Below are positions 39,603-49,657 of a DNA stretch of 62,766 nucleotides, one piece after another (the stretch's first letter is position 1; every line of letters starts with the position of its first letter). The stretch spans positions 1 through 62,766 of the forward strand of contig JAYZHU010000212.1 of assembly GCA_036166175.1 (NCBI GenBank), read 5' to 3'. A program made the position numbers and the translations under genes. A model generated the notes under the pieces. That model saw nothing but the letters and a program-made list of their open reading frames with translations. It searched no databases and had not been told where the DNA came from. Source of the DNA: Verrucomicrobiota bacterium. Lineage in GTDB: Bacteria; Verrucomicrobiota; Verrucomicrobiia; Opitutales; Opitutaceae.

Positions 39603-40883
39603 CTACCAGCGAATCGCCTGGAATTCCCAATCGGGATCTACTTTTTTCATTTCTGACTCGTCGTCGCGAAAGTCGAGCCCGCTTTCCAAATAGTTTTTAT
39701 GCAATCTAGCCAGTTGTTCCTGGTCTATGGAAACGCCGAGCCCAGGTCCATCCGGAATGGGGATCGTCCCATTTTTGAACTCCAGGGGCCCACCTTCGAT
39801 GATTTCATCGCATTGCCAAGGATAGTGCGTATCCAAATCATAGTCGAGTTGCGGGATACAGGCGCCCAGGTGTGTCATGGCTGCCAGCGATATGCCCAGG
39901 TGGCTATTGGAATGCATTGAAATGCCACGCCCGAAGGTTTGACAGATACGGCAAAGCTCGATGCAAGGGCGGAGGCCTCCCCAGTAATGATGATCCGTTA
40001 ATATGACGTCTTCCGAGTGGAGTTCGACTGATCGGGGAATATCCTCGAATGAAGTGGTACACATGTTTGTGGCTAGAGGCGATTCAATCGCTTTTCCCAC
40101 CTCAGCCATGGCTTCCTGACCTCTAACCGGATCCTCCAGATACTCCTGAATTGGATCCAGTTTCCTGCCTATCCGAATTCCCGTTTCTACGGACCAAATA
40201 GCATTTGGATCCAACCGAAGTGGCACGTCAGGACCAAAGGCATCTCTTAGAGCGAACATGGCATCTGCTTCATCGTCTGGAGGAAGGACGCCCCCCTTGA
40301 GTTTGATCGAACGAAATCCAAAGGCCTCTGTCATCGCCTTCGCTTGCTCGACGATCGATTCTGTATCCATGGCCTCGTCCTGGCGAGCTGACGCCCAGCC
40401 TTCGGCCCTGTCGTCTTTGCCGAATCCCAGTTTTCCGCCGGCGCCTTCGAGCTTGTAGAATAGGTAAGCCCCAAAGGGCACAGCATCTCGAGCGGCCCCG
40501 CCTAAGAGGTCGCACATTCGGACGCCAAAACGCTTTCCGAGGTAATCCAGGCAGGCTACCTCCAGGGCGCTTTGAACGTGAACCCAGACTCTTTGGTCCC
40601 ACGGCGCGTCTCCTCGCGTCTCGTCGATTTCAATCAAGTGCCTCGCTTTCTCGAGAAGACGGGTAAACTGAACCGGATCCTCTCCTAGGAGACCTTGGCA
40701 AACGAGCTCCAGGGATTCAGTAACCCCATCCGTACAGGGGCTCTCGCTAATTCCGGTTAATCCGTCCTCGAATGCTAGTTCGAGAATGACACGCAAGCCA
40801 TAGGGCGCATGAAGTCCGGAAGCATTACGTAATGGTGGATCCGTAAAGGCGATAGGTGTGACCTTGTAGCTGGTAATTTTCAT
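39603..40883 (-). CDS. Glucarate dehydratase-family enolase-superfamily enzyme
   Basis: DPPLRNASGLHAPY, KLKGGV, LRLDPN, YLEDP, ATNM, DHHYWGG, MHSNSH, DTHYPWQ. Confidence 0.92.
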   Translation of the reverse strand: MKITSYKVTPIAFTDPPLRNASGLHAPYGLRVILELAFEDGLTGISESPCTDGVTESLELVCQGLLGEDPVQFTRLLEKARHLIEIDETRGDAPWDQRVWVHVQSALEVACLDYLGKRFGVRMCDLLGGAARDAVPFGAYLFYKLEGAGGKLGFGKDDRAEGWASARQDEAMDTESIVEQAKAMTEAFGFRSIKLKGGVLPPDDEADAMFALRDAFGPDVPLRLDPNAIWSVETGIRIGRKLDPIQEYLEDPVRGQEAMAEVGKAIESPLATNMCTTSFEDIPRSVELHSEDVILTDHHYWGGLRPCIELCRICQTFGRGISMHSNSHLGISLAAMTHLGACIPQLDYDLDTHYPWQCDEIIEGGPLEFKNGTIPIPDGPGLGVSIDQEQLARLHKNYLESGLDFRDDESEMKKVDPDWEFQAIRW

Positions 40884-41088
40884 AGAGATGAGGCAATTGG
40901 CAGCTTTGAGCTCTGAAACGCTGCTGATAAATCGCAGTCAAAGGTAATTTTCGTCAAATACAACCCGATCATTTAGTTTGCGCGTATTTCCGGAGTCCAT
41001 TTCTTAGCAATCAATGATTAACGCCGGGCGAGTTCAACGGAGCGGCTTGGATAAAGCGTCCGGGACCATAGTAAAAATCTGATCGAAT

Positions 41089-43716
41089 ATGAATCGCTTA
41101 CGTCAAATCTCCGTTGTCTTTGCTGCTTTCTGGATGGCTTGCGCGCTGTTCTCAATCCCCCCATACGTGCAAAGGGAGGCCGAACCTCTGTATAAGGAAT
41201 TCTTAGACAGCTCGTTTCCATTTGTGGAAGCGACGGTCGATCTTCGAGGAATCGCTCCTTCAGGAAACACAGACAATCTGATTCCAAGAGCCATTGTGTT
41301 GCCATTGAAGAACGACGTATTCGTCTGTTTTGATACGGAATTGCTCCGCGTGGCAGGGGTCTGGAAAGGCGGTTTTCTCACGCCTCGCGGCTTAGCAATG
41401 CTGTCTTACGAAGTGCCGCTAAGGAAAATGGGAGGCGGGCAAAAAGATCTCCCCAAGCCGTTAGGCGAGGTTGTTCAGGCTAATGGTCTTTATCCGGGCT
41501 GGCAGGAATCGGGTAGCGTGTCATTCAGGGATCCGCGAAGCCGTTGGCTTGATGAAAAAGAATTGGGCAGAGGACCTTTGGATCCACAAACTGGAGAGTG
41601 GTCTGGAATCGAAGTCCATGAATCCGGAGCGGTACTTAAATACACACTTTATGGTGGTCGCGTTGAAGAGAGCTATGCAGTTTCTACAGACGATAGCAGC
41701 CTGAGGCTGCTTCGGACTATCACTATCCAAGGAATTCGGGAATCACTAACGTTCGTAGTATCCGATCTAGGAGAAGATCGAGCGCCTATTGAATTAGTTG
41801 GGGAAGGTTTGTCGCTGATCGATGAACGCTATGTGGTTGCCCGTGTAGATGGCAGTTCTGGAGCGCCTGTCAGAATAGTTTTGGCGACCGATTTGAACTC
41901 GGGAGCCATTTCTATTGAGAAAATTTCGGAAGCTGTCCCGCAGACCGACAATAAAGGTTCCCGCTGGCCGGAAACCATCTCGGCTGGAATTGAACTTGGG
42001 GAGCCACAAGGCATTTTTGCAGTGGACGAAGCCATCATTCCTTACCCTAATCCTTGGAAACGGCGGATAAGACCGGTCGCTATCGACTTTTTCCCCAACG
42101 GAGACGCAGTACTAGTGACTTTCGATGGCGACGTGTATCGGTTGTCAGGGCTGGGTGGAGACAGCGATCTAATCGAGTGGCGACGAATTGCAGCAGGGTT
42201 TAACGAGCCTCAATCCATTCGAATTAGAGACAACGACATATTTGTATTCAGCCGCTTGGGTATAACGCGACTGCTTGATTTGGACGACGATGGGGAAACC
42301 GATTATTACGAAATGTTCTGCAACCGCTTTACCCAGAGCGCGGATACGCGTGATTACCCGATGAGCCTGGCCCTTCGGCCGGATGGCAGTTTTGCCATCA
42401 CTAAGGGAGGTCAACAAGTGAATGCCCGATCGCCTCATAGCGGTCGAGCGATGACTATTTCGGCCGATGGAAAGCGAGTTGATTATTTAGGATACGGTTT
42501 GCGGAATGCCTATATTTCCTCTCACCCGACAAAGGATCTGATTACCGCGAGCGACCAGCAAGGCCATTGGGTGCCTTCCACGCCTTTTTTAGTGATTCGC
42601 GACGGGCGATACTTCGGTTACGACCCAGGCGCGCCTGAATCGCAAACTAGAATCCATCCACCTGCTTTATGGATGCCTCACCGGGTGGTTCAGTCGGGAA
42701 TCGAACAGCTTTGGCCGATGCGCGAAGAAATGGGGCCACTCAAAGACTCAATTCTCTATATCGAATACAAGAAGCCCAGTCTCTTTCAGATTTTCATCCC
42801 GGATGAGGAAGACTACACGCAAACTGCTGGAATTCCTCTACCCATAGAGTTTGAAACGCCCATCTTGAAAGGAGCGATCAATCCAATTGACGGCAGCCCT
42901 TATTTGGCGGGTTTCCAGATTTGGGATTCCGTAGCTAGCAGATTGGAAGGCCTTTGCCGCCTACGAGTTCTGGACGGAGCGAATGAACGACCCATTGCTG
43001 CAGAAGCATCGGAAAATGGAGTGCTTCTCACATTCGACCAGCCTCTAGGTCCAGAACGTTCTCTTGATCCAGCGAATTACCAGATAAGCAGTTGGGAATA
43101 TAAACGCACTAGCGAGTATGGATCTCCCCAGTTTAAAGCGGACGGGACGCCTGGGGCCGATGAATGGTTTGCCCATTCCGTATTCCTCTCGAAAGACAGG
43201 AAATCCGTGTTCTTAGCCATCGAGGAAGTGAGGGAAACCATGCAATTGGAAGTTCAATACAATTTGTTTGGGAAATGGGCTCCGGTCTATTTAACGGTCA
43301 ATGATGTCATTTCCACGAGTCTTCAGGAAGCTGATTTCGAACCGATAAATTTCGCAAAGCTATTCGCTTCGGAACCGACTCCTCGAGAAAAAGCGACTCG
43401 AAGTTCAATTGTTTCCGTAGCCCGTGGCCAGCAGCTCTATGCGCAGATGGGCTGCGTTGGGTGCCACTCGATCGATGGGACTACTGAGGGTCGCAGTGGC
43501 CCCACCTGGCTCGGAGCTTTTAAAAGTCGTCGCACATTGAAAGATGGAAGCCGAGTGAGAGTGGACGAGGCGTACCTGCGAACCTCTATCCTTGATCCTG
43601 CGGCCGTCGTCACGGTCGGCTATGATGACCAAGAAGCTGGAATGCCCTCATATAGAGGTATCCTCTCTAACGAGGATGTTGATTCGTTGGTATTGTTTAT
43701 CCGCTCCCTACGGTGA
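41089..43716 (+). CDS. Secreted PVC-type protein: DUF6797-like N-domain, sorbosone-dehydrogenase-like propeller, C-terminal cytochrome c
   Basis: Signal peptide; CFDTELLRVAGVWKG; GLRN, DQQGHWVP; CVGCHSIDG..GPTW..YLRTSILDP..GMPSY. Confidence 0.8.
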   Translation: MNRLRQISVVFAAFWMACALFSIPPYVQREAEPLYKEFLDSSFPFVEATVDLRGIAPSGNTDNLIPRAIVLPLKNDVFVCFDTELLRVAGVWKGGFLTPRGLAMLSYEVPLRKMGGGQKDLPKPLGEVVQANGLYPGWQESGSVSFRDPRSRWLDEKELGRGPLDPQTGEWSGIEVHESGAVLKYTLYGGRVEESYAVSTDDSSLRLLRTITIQGIRESLTFVVSDLGEDRAPIELVGEGLSLIDERYVVARVDGSSGAPVRIVLATDLNSGAISIEKISEAVPQTDNKGSRWPETISAGIELGEPQGIFAVDEAIIPYPNPWKRRIRPVAIDFFPNGDAVLVTFDGDVYRLSGLGGDSDLIEWRRIAAGFNEPQSIRIRDNDIFVFSRLGITRLLDLDDDGETDYYEMFCNRFTQSADTRDYPMSLALRPDGSFAITKGGQQVNARSPHSGRAMTISADGKRVDYLGYGLRNAYISSHPTKDLITASDQQGHWVPSTPFLVIRDGRYFGYDPGAPESQTRIHPPALWMPHRVVQSGIEQLWPMREEMGPLKDSILYIEYKKPSLFQIFIPDEEDYTQTAGIPLPIEFETPILKGAINPIDGSPYLAGFQIWDSVASRLEGLCRLRVLDGANERPIAAEASENGVLLTFDQPLGPERSLDPANYQISSWEYKRTSEYGSPQFKADGTPGADEWFAHSVFLSKDRKSVFLAIEEVRETMQLEVQYNLFGKWAPVYLTVNDVISTSLQEADFEPINFAKLFASEPTPREKATRSSIVSVARGQQLYAQMGCVGCHSIDGTTEGRSGPTWLGAFKSRRTLKDGSRVRVDEAYLRTSILDPAAVVTVGYDDQEAGMPSYRGILSNEDVDSLVLFIRSLR

Positions 43717-43729
43717 GGTATGAAATGGG

Positions 43730-44488
43730 CTAAAGCCGCCCTGCAGCCCATTGAAGTCCGCGACCGACAAGCTCCTGGAATTGAGGATTAGCGATCGTTT
43801 CGTTAGTATGGCCAAAAGTAGTCCCAAATACTCGAGCCTCACCATACTGATTGGTCCAGAATACCGGATGCGTCTTACCGGTTTCCTCACTAACGCCAGT
43901 GCCTAAGGTTGTCGCGTTCGGCCACAGTTTATCGATTATGTACAACTCGTCCATTGGGGAAACCCAGTCTTTTGGAAACCCTTCCATGATAGGGTGGTTC
44001 GGCTCCGTAACCGTGACCGGGTAGTGACTCTGATGATCGTGCCGGCGCGTGGTTACGCCCAAAAACTCCCGCCAAAGATCTTCATCTGTGGCTCGGTACG
44101 TATGCATAGCGCAATGTATGACAACTGCCGAGACGCCTTGCTTGTGTCCTGAAACGACTTTTGAAATATAATCTGCATCTTCCGTATTGGCAAAGCACTG
44201 GTTATGAACAACGACATCGTACTCGGCAGCCCAGTAGGGGTTGTCGAAAAGTTTCGATTGGTAGTCTTTGGAATCCCCGCCTTCGTGCACTATCGTCCAG
44301 TCGATGTCGGCAAATTCTGAGATCCCAGTCGTCAGAACCTGCTTTTGGAAATCGTAGTCGTGGCAGCATCCACCTGTGATAAGGAGGGCGCTGATTGGCG
44401 TTTCTCCTTTCGGGAGCGAGCAACCACCTAAGGCTAGGGCAATGACGGAAACCAAGATAGCGAACGAACGGCGGTACAGATGATTCAT
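43730..44488 (-). CDS. ThuA-like (class I glutamine-amidotransferase fold) lipoprotein
   Basis: Lipobox LGGC; LLITGGCCHDY, VIHCAMH, HPIM, DELY, RVFGTTFGH, RGLQWAAG. Confidence 0.88.
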   Translation of the reverse strand: MNHLYRRSFAILVSVIALALGGCSLPKGETPISALLITGGCCHDYDFQKQVLTTGISEFADIDWTIVHEGGDSKDYQSKLFDNPYWAAEYDVVVHNQCFANTEDADYISKVVSGHKQGVSAVVIHCAMHTYRATDEDLWREFLGVTTRRHDHQSHYPVTVTEPNHPIMEGFPKDWVSPMDELYIIDKLWPNATTLGTGVSEETGKTHPVFWTNQYGEARVFGTTFGHTNETIANPQFQELVGRGLQWAAGRL

Positions 44489-44920
44489 ATTCTTCTCCTC
44501 TAGTCGTTTTCACCGATTGGCAATACTTTCCTCATGTTTCCCACCATCTAGATGGTATCCATCTGGGTGCTTTTTGCCGATACCTACCCCCATAAATGCC
44601 TTGTTCTATCGATCGGCTGTAGTCATCGGCACACGCGAATAGCAAGCAGTCAAAATTGGCCTGAAACAGCAGGATCTGCCTAGGAAAAGCCCAGATTTGC
44701 AATGCCAAATCAGGCTCGTTGAGCGATACTATTTTATCACCGAAAAGAATAGTAAAAGCCTCCGATTGGCGGAAGAACGACAGAAGGGCATCGGAGCTTG
44801 TGGCTAGAGTCGAAATCATTCGATGTATGTGAAAACAAAATACGCTATTTTGATATAATAAGCACCAAAATTCCAAAAACGAATCACCAACCGAAATATT
44901 AAACTGAAAGGAAAATAACC

Positions 44921-45715
44921 ATGTTGCGAAGCGTAAAAGGTATGATTGGATACCCCATCGAAGCAACCGATGGAGTAGTAGGAAAAGTCAAGGATGCTCT
45001 ATTCGACGATCGCCATTGGCGCCTGCGCTACGTTGTTGTGGATACAGGCACCTGGCTCCCTGAAAAGTAAGTCCTTCTAAGTCCCTTCCATCTTAAAGAA
45101 TTGGAAACGGGCTGGGTTGGAAACTGCCTCAAGGTAGTTTTGAACAAGGCTCAGGTTGAAGGATCGCCTGAGTTGAAGGACCAGGAACCGGTTTCGATGC
45201 AATTCGAAGAGAAGTACGCCAAATATTACGATCTACCGACCTATTGGATGGATCCCTACCTATTCGGTGGAGCGGCAATCCCCTCATCGATTGGCCCGGA
45301 ATACAGTCCTAAAGGCGAAGCGGAACGTCAGGCTCACGAGTTTCGCATGAGGCAAATCGCGGGTGAACATCTGCGGTCCGCTCATGAAATCATGGGCTAC
45401 CACATTCATGCCGAGGACGATTCGTTTGGCCACGTGGAAGATTTCGTTCTGGATGACAGTAACTGGCGCCTCCAATAAGCGATTATCGATACCGTGAATT
45501 GGCTCCCTGGCAAACCATCCTTGATCGATATCGGCTGGGTAGAATCCTTCGACTAGGAAACGAAAAAGGCGAACGTTGATCTGACGAGAAAGCAAATCAA
45601 AATGGCTCCTCGTTTCGACCCCTTCGACCCGGTCAATGAGGATGCGAACCACAAGCTTTACGATTATTATGGAAAGCCACGCGATTGGGAAACGCCGGCA
45701 GCGCCGATTTTCTAA
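44921..45715 (+). pseudogene. Double PRC-barrel domain protein with three in-frame stops
   Basis: From ATG 44921 (GAAAGGAA upstream): MLRSVKGMIGYPIEATDG.VGKVKD.LFDDRHW.LRYVVVDTG.WLP; second barrel GYHIHAED..FGHVEDFVLDD; stops TAA 45068, TAA 45476, TAG 45554; natural end TAA 45713-45715. Confidence 0.9.
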
Positions 45716-45751
45716 TTTGGATGCAACCGTTTGGGGGTTAAGGTGAAATTG

Positions 45752-45782
45752 GCGCGCCGCGTTTGACGCTGCGCGCTTTTTT
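45752..45782 (+). terminator. Rho-independent terminator
   Basis: GCGCGCCGCGT-TTG-ACGCTGCGCGC followed by TTTTTT. Confidence 0.65.
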
Positions 45783-45797
45783 ATAAATTAGAGTGGG

Positions 45798-46502
45798 ATG
45801 GGTTTTGGAAGATCGGTAAAGCTCCAAGCATGGATTCTTGCTTCCCTGATGGCCCTCGTTTCAGTTTCGAAGGGCATCGCTAACGAGTTCGATGGCGATT
45901 TTCATATTTGGAATGAGTACAAGCTAACTGAATATTCAGAAGACAGGTGGACTACGTTTACGTGGGCGGAATTGCGATTTTTCGTTGATGCTTCAGAATT
46001 GGGGCTTTGGCTTCTTCAACAAAAAGCTTACGCATCCCTATCGGATCAACTGAAACTGGGGATTGGGGCCTCTTACCTGGACGCGAAAAGCTCGTCCGGG
46101 GGATGGAATTCCCAATCGAGATTGGAATTTGAACTCAATCCTAGATGCCGGCTGGGACGCGATTCGCTTATAGCTTTGAGGAATCGAATCGAGCTACGGT
46201 CCTTGGAAAGCCTAAACTATGCCGAGCGACTCGTCTCTCGGCACCGAATTACCTGGGCCCGAAGTTTTAGAGCTTCGCAACAATTGAAGCGCATCGAAAT
46301 TTCAGAGGAGCTTTTCTACGATTTCGAGTCAGGGCAAATCGTGGAAAGTAGATTTAGACCGGCTAATCTGTTTTTCTCTGCAAGCCAGCGGAGTTGGGTG
46401 AATGTATTTTCACAGATAAGATCAAGGAGACTGCCTGAGAGTGGCGAATGGGAACATGCCTTTATTTTGGGATTCGGCTTGCGAATGAGGCCGTGGCGTT
46501 AA
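45798..46502 (+). CDS. Outer-membrane beta-barrel protein, DUF2490-like
   Basis: Signal peptide; alternating amphipathic strands; RNRIELR, SEELFYDF, terminal HAFILGFGL. Confidence 0.7.
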   Translation: MGFGRSVKLQAWILASLMALVSVSKGIANEFDGDFHIWNEYKLTEYSEDRWTTFTWAELRFFVDASELGLWLLQQKAYASLSDQLKLGIGASYLDAKSSSGGWNSQSRLEFELNPRCRLGRDSLIALRNRIELRSLESLNYAERLVSRHRITWARSFRASQQLKRIEISEELFYDFESGQIVESRFRPANLFFSASQRSWVNVFSQIRSRRLPESGEWEHAFILGFGLRMRPWR

Positions 46503-46565
46503 AGGGGACATTGACGTAACGCCTTCAAGAGCGATCATAGGATTTCTTTCTCATCCCTTTATACA

Positions 46566-47987
46566 ATGAAGAGCATAATCTCAGCCGCTTTCTATTCATG
46601 CATTTCGCTAGTTGCCTCTCTGCCGGAGATTCTGGCGAGTCAGGGACCTTTCATGGCCACTGGCATCAAAATGGGCGAAGTTGATCAAACATCGGCGATC
46701 GTCTGGGTACGGCTAACGAAAAATGAAAGCTATCGATCGGATGGACGAGAATGGGAGAAAGACGATGAAGCCCTCCCTGCAGGATTGAGTATTGGAGACA
46801 TGCAGCACAGCGCTGCCGGTAGCGAAGGCGAGGTTCGGATTTCGTTCTGGCCAACCAGCAATCCCGAAGACGTTAAGAGGCTTCAGTGGTCTTCGGTTGT
46901 TCCTGAGAAAAATTTTTCCGCTAAACTAGAATTGAAAAACCTATCACCAGGCACTGAATACGCTTTGAAGGTTGAGGGTCGACCCAGTGGCAGAGGTCAA
47001 TCCTCAGTCGAAGTCTTAGGCAGTTTCAAAACAGCGCCTAGCAGAGAATCCGGCGCCCCGGTCAAATTCGTTCTCGTCACTTGCCACGATTTTCCGAGGA
47101 GGGATGATCTTATCAACGGTCACCATATTTACCCTGCCATGCTTGATCACGTGAATCCAGACTTCCTGGTCCATGCCGGCGATATCGAGTACTATGACAA
47201 GCCTTTCCCTTGGGCGAAAACGGAAGCTCTAGCTTACTACAAATGGGATCGGCTTTTCGGGCTACCCAATTTCCGGGAATTCTATCGGCAAGTTCCTGCC
47301 TATTTCATGAAAGACGACCACGATTTGCTCAGGAATGACAGCGTTCCCGGAGACACCTACGGCGAGTTAACTTGGAACCGTGGAATTGAGATATTCAACG
47401 AAACATTCCCAATGGGAGACCGACCCTATAGAACCGTTCGCTGGGGAAAAGATCTGCAAATTTGGCTGATGGAGTCGCGGGAATACAGAAGCCCTAATAA
47501 AAGTCCCGACGGGCCTAATAAGACCATTTGGGGAGAGAAGCAGAAGGAATGGTTTTTTGACACATTCGCGGCTTCTAACGCGACCTTCCGTATCGTAATC
47601 AATCCAAACCCGATTGTCGGTCCAGATCGTGAGAAAAAGAAAGACAATCATGCGAATTCAAATTTCACTTACGAAGGAGACGAGCTCCGGGCTTTTATCG
47701 GGAGCCAGAGGAATGCATTCATACTCAATGGCGACCGACACTGGCAATATGTGAGCGTCGATGAGAAGACGGGAGCGCGGGAATATTCCTGTGGTGCTGG
47801 AACCGACATTCATGCGGGAGGGTTCAAGCAATCGCTTCGCTCCTCTAAACACCGTTTCTTGAGAATCAAGGGAGGATTTTTGAGCGTCAACGTGGAACGT
47901 GACTCAGGCAGCCCGAGAATCAGCCTCAGGCACCACGATGTTCACGGAGAAGTCGTGAACGAGGATGTATTCGTGGGCGAAAATTAG
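46566..47987 (+). CDS. phoD: Alkaline phosphatase D family protein
   Basis: GEVDQTSAIVWVR, FKTAP, TCHD, HAGDIEYYD, DDHD, SREYR, NGDRH. Confidence 0.88.
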   Translation: MKSIISAAFYSCISLVASLPEILASQGPFMATGIKMGEVDQTSAIVWVRLTKNESYRSDGREWEKDDEALPAGLSIGDMQHSAAGSEGEVRISFWPTSNPEDVKRLQWSSVVPEKNFSAKLELKNLSPGTEYALKVEGRPSGRGQSSVEVLGSFKTAPSRESGAPVKFVLVTCHDFPRRDDLINGHHIYPAMLDHVNPDFLVHAGDIEYYDKPFPWAKTEALAYYKWDRLFGLPNFREFYRQVPAYFMKDDHDLLRNDSVPGDTYGELTWNRGIEIFNETFPMGDRPYRTVRWGKDLQIWLMESREYRSPNKSPDGPNKTIWGEKQKEWFFDTFAASNATFRIVINPNPIVGPDREKKKDNHANSNFTYEGDELRAFIGSQRNAFILNGDRHWQYVSVDEKTGAREYSCGAGTDIHAGGFKQSLRSSKHRFLRIKGGFLSVNVERDSGSPRISLRHHDVHGEVVNEDVFVGEN

Positions 47988-47998
47988 GCTATTCTAAA

Positions 47999-49582
47999 CT
48001 ATCTGCGGCGACCCGTCTTTTCCCACCATCCGTTTGGCGGAGACCAATCGTTTTCGAGCAACGCGGCGTGGTCTGTTTCCAATTTTGGCATATCGACTTC
48101 CCGGATTCTTACCTCCTGTTCAGCGTACTGAATAGCGTCGAAATTGGGATTCGTGTACGGGTAGCTGGCCCCAACCTCGTCGAGCCAATCTTGAAGTTCG
48201 ATTTTTAGGGTAGCTGCCAGCTCTGGATATACGGAGACAATATTCCGCTGTTCTTGAGGATCGCTGGCAAGATCGTACAATTCACTGCGACGATCTTCGT
48301 AATAGTGAATAAGTTTCCAGTCTCCACTGCGAACAATCGAGGAGGGCTCTCCGCCTTGATTACCGTAGTGTGGATAATGCCAATACAAGGATCGTTTCTC
48401 GATGGTCTCTCCCTTTAAAAGGGGAACTAGACTGACGCCGTCGACATGTTGCTTGGGGAGAAGATCGATATTGGCGAGTTCGAGCAGGGTAGGAAAGAAG
48501 TCGTTGCCAATTACTGGAGTATGGCAAACTTCGCCAGGGAGTGGCGAGTCCGCCCATTTGATGTAGAAGGGTTCACGGATTCCACCTTCCCATTGCCGTC
48601 CCTTGCCGCCACGGAGGGGCAAATTCGATGTCGCTTTTCCATCACCAGCTGAAACGCCGCCGTTGTCTGAAGTGAATACTATTATCGTGTCGTCCTCTAG
48701 GCTTAGCCTATCGAGCGTATTCAGAACCATACCTACAGCATCGTCCATCGCTTCGACCATGCCCGCATACAAGGGGTTGTCTTGGACTTGCCGCACCGGA
48801 GTCGTGCGATCGATTAAGAAGCGGGACTTGGCGATGGGGCGACTGACTGCCTTTTTTCGATACTTTTCCCAAAGAGCTTTCGTCGTTTGGATGGGACCAT
48901 GCACATTGTAAAAGGAAAGGTAGGCCAGAAACGGCTTATCTTTGTGTGTTTCAATAAATCGAGCAGTTTCCTCGCCTAGCCGAATTGGAAGATACTCGCC
49001 AATTTCGCCATCTTCCATCTTGGGGTTCTCGTACGGCGAAAAGTAGCCGCCAGGTGGACTGCCCCGATGGTGGCCGCCAATGTTGATGTCAAAGCCATGA
49101 TCCTCCGGAAACGATCCCTCGTCTCCCAGGTGCCACTTGCCAGCGAAAAAGGTGGTGTAGCCTGCGTCTTGGAATGCCTCGGCCAAGGTCGTATCCTCGT
49201 GGGGAAGACTCCAAGTGTATGCAGGGGGTAGAAGCTTGGTATTCCGCTTCCAATCCTCCTTCTCTTGGGCGCCAATCCAGTTAGTAATATCCATACGGGC
49301 TGGATACTTCCCTGTCATGAGACTGGCTCTTGAAGGGCTGCAAACCTGGCAGGTCGCATATCCCTGGGTGAACCGCATACCTTCATTGGCAATTCGGTCA
49401 ATGTGAGGACTTTCGTAGAAGTCGCTACCTTCAACGCTGAGATCTCTCCAGCCGAGATCGTCAGCCAGAATAAAAACGATGTTCGGTTTTCTTTCCGCGA
49501 ACAGAGCGAACGAAGTCAGAGAAAGAAGCAGAAATGAATAGGCAGGGCGACAGTAACTTGTAATAAGTCGAGCTTGTTTCAT
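47999..49582 (-). CDS. Sulfatase (formylglycine-dependent, Cys type)
   Basis: KPNIVFILADDLG, CSPSRASLMTG, GKWHLG, FTSDNGG, GKGRQWEGGIREP. Confidence 0.96.
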   Translation of the reverse strand: MKQARLITSYCRPAYSFLLLSLTSFALFAERKPNIVFILADDLGWRDLSVEGSDFYESPHIDRIANEGMRFTQGYATCQVCSPSRASLMTGKYPARMDITNWIGAQEKEDWKRNTKLLPPAYTWSLPHEDTTLAEAFQDAGYTTFFAGKWHLGDEGSFPEDHGFDINIGGHHRGSPPGGYFSPYENPKMEDGEIGEYLPIRLGEETARFIETHKDKPFLAYLSFYNVHGPIQTTKALWEKYRKKAVSRPIAKSRFLIDRTTPVRQVQDNPLYAGMVEAMDDAVGMVLNTLDRLSLEDDTIIVFTSDNGGVSAGDGKATSNLPLRGGKGRQWEGGIREPFYIKWADSPLPGEVCHTPVIGNDFFPTLLELANIDLLPKQHVDGVSLVPLLKGETIEKRSLYWHYPHYGNQGGEPSSIVRSGDWKLIHYYEDRRSELYDLASDPQEQRNIVSVYPELAATLKIELQDWLDEVGASYPYTNPNFDAIQYAEQEVRIREVDMPKLETDHAALLENDWSPPNGWWEKTGRRR

Positions 49583-49657
49583 AGACTAATGTCGCCATGT
49601 GCCCGCGCCATGGAAAGCTTTTTCTCAAGAGGATAGGGGAATCCAGAGTCTCCGAAT

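Noticed and set aside
44532-44966. 144-aa minus-strand ORF (likewise 49599-50054, 7882-8694 and other short overlapping ORFs)
   Set aside because: No motifs, and they overlap or shadow better-supported genes
44921-45715. Stop-codon reassignment explaining the in-frame stops
   Set aside because: The stops replace different expected residues, and TAA/TAG end many intact genes in this window
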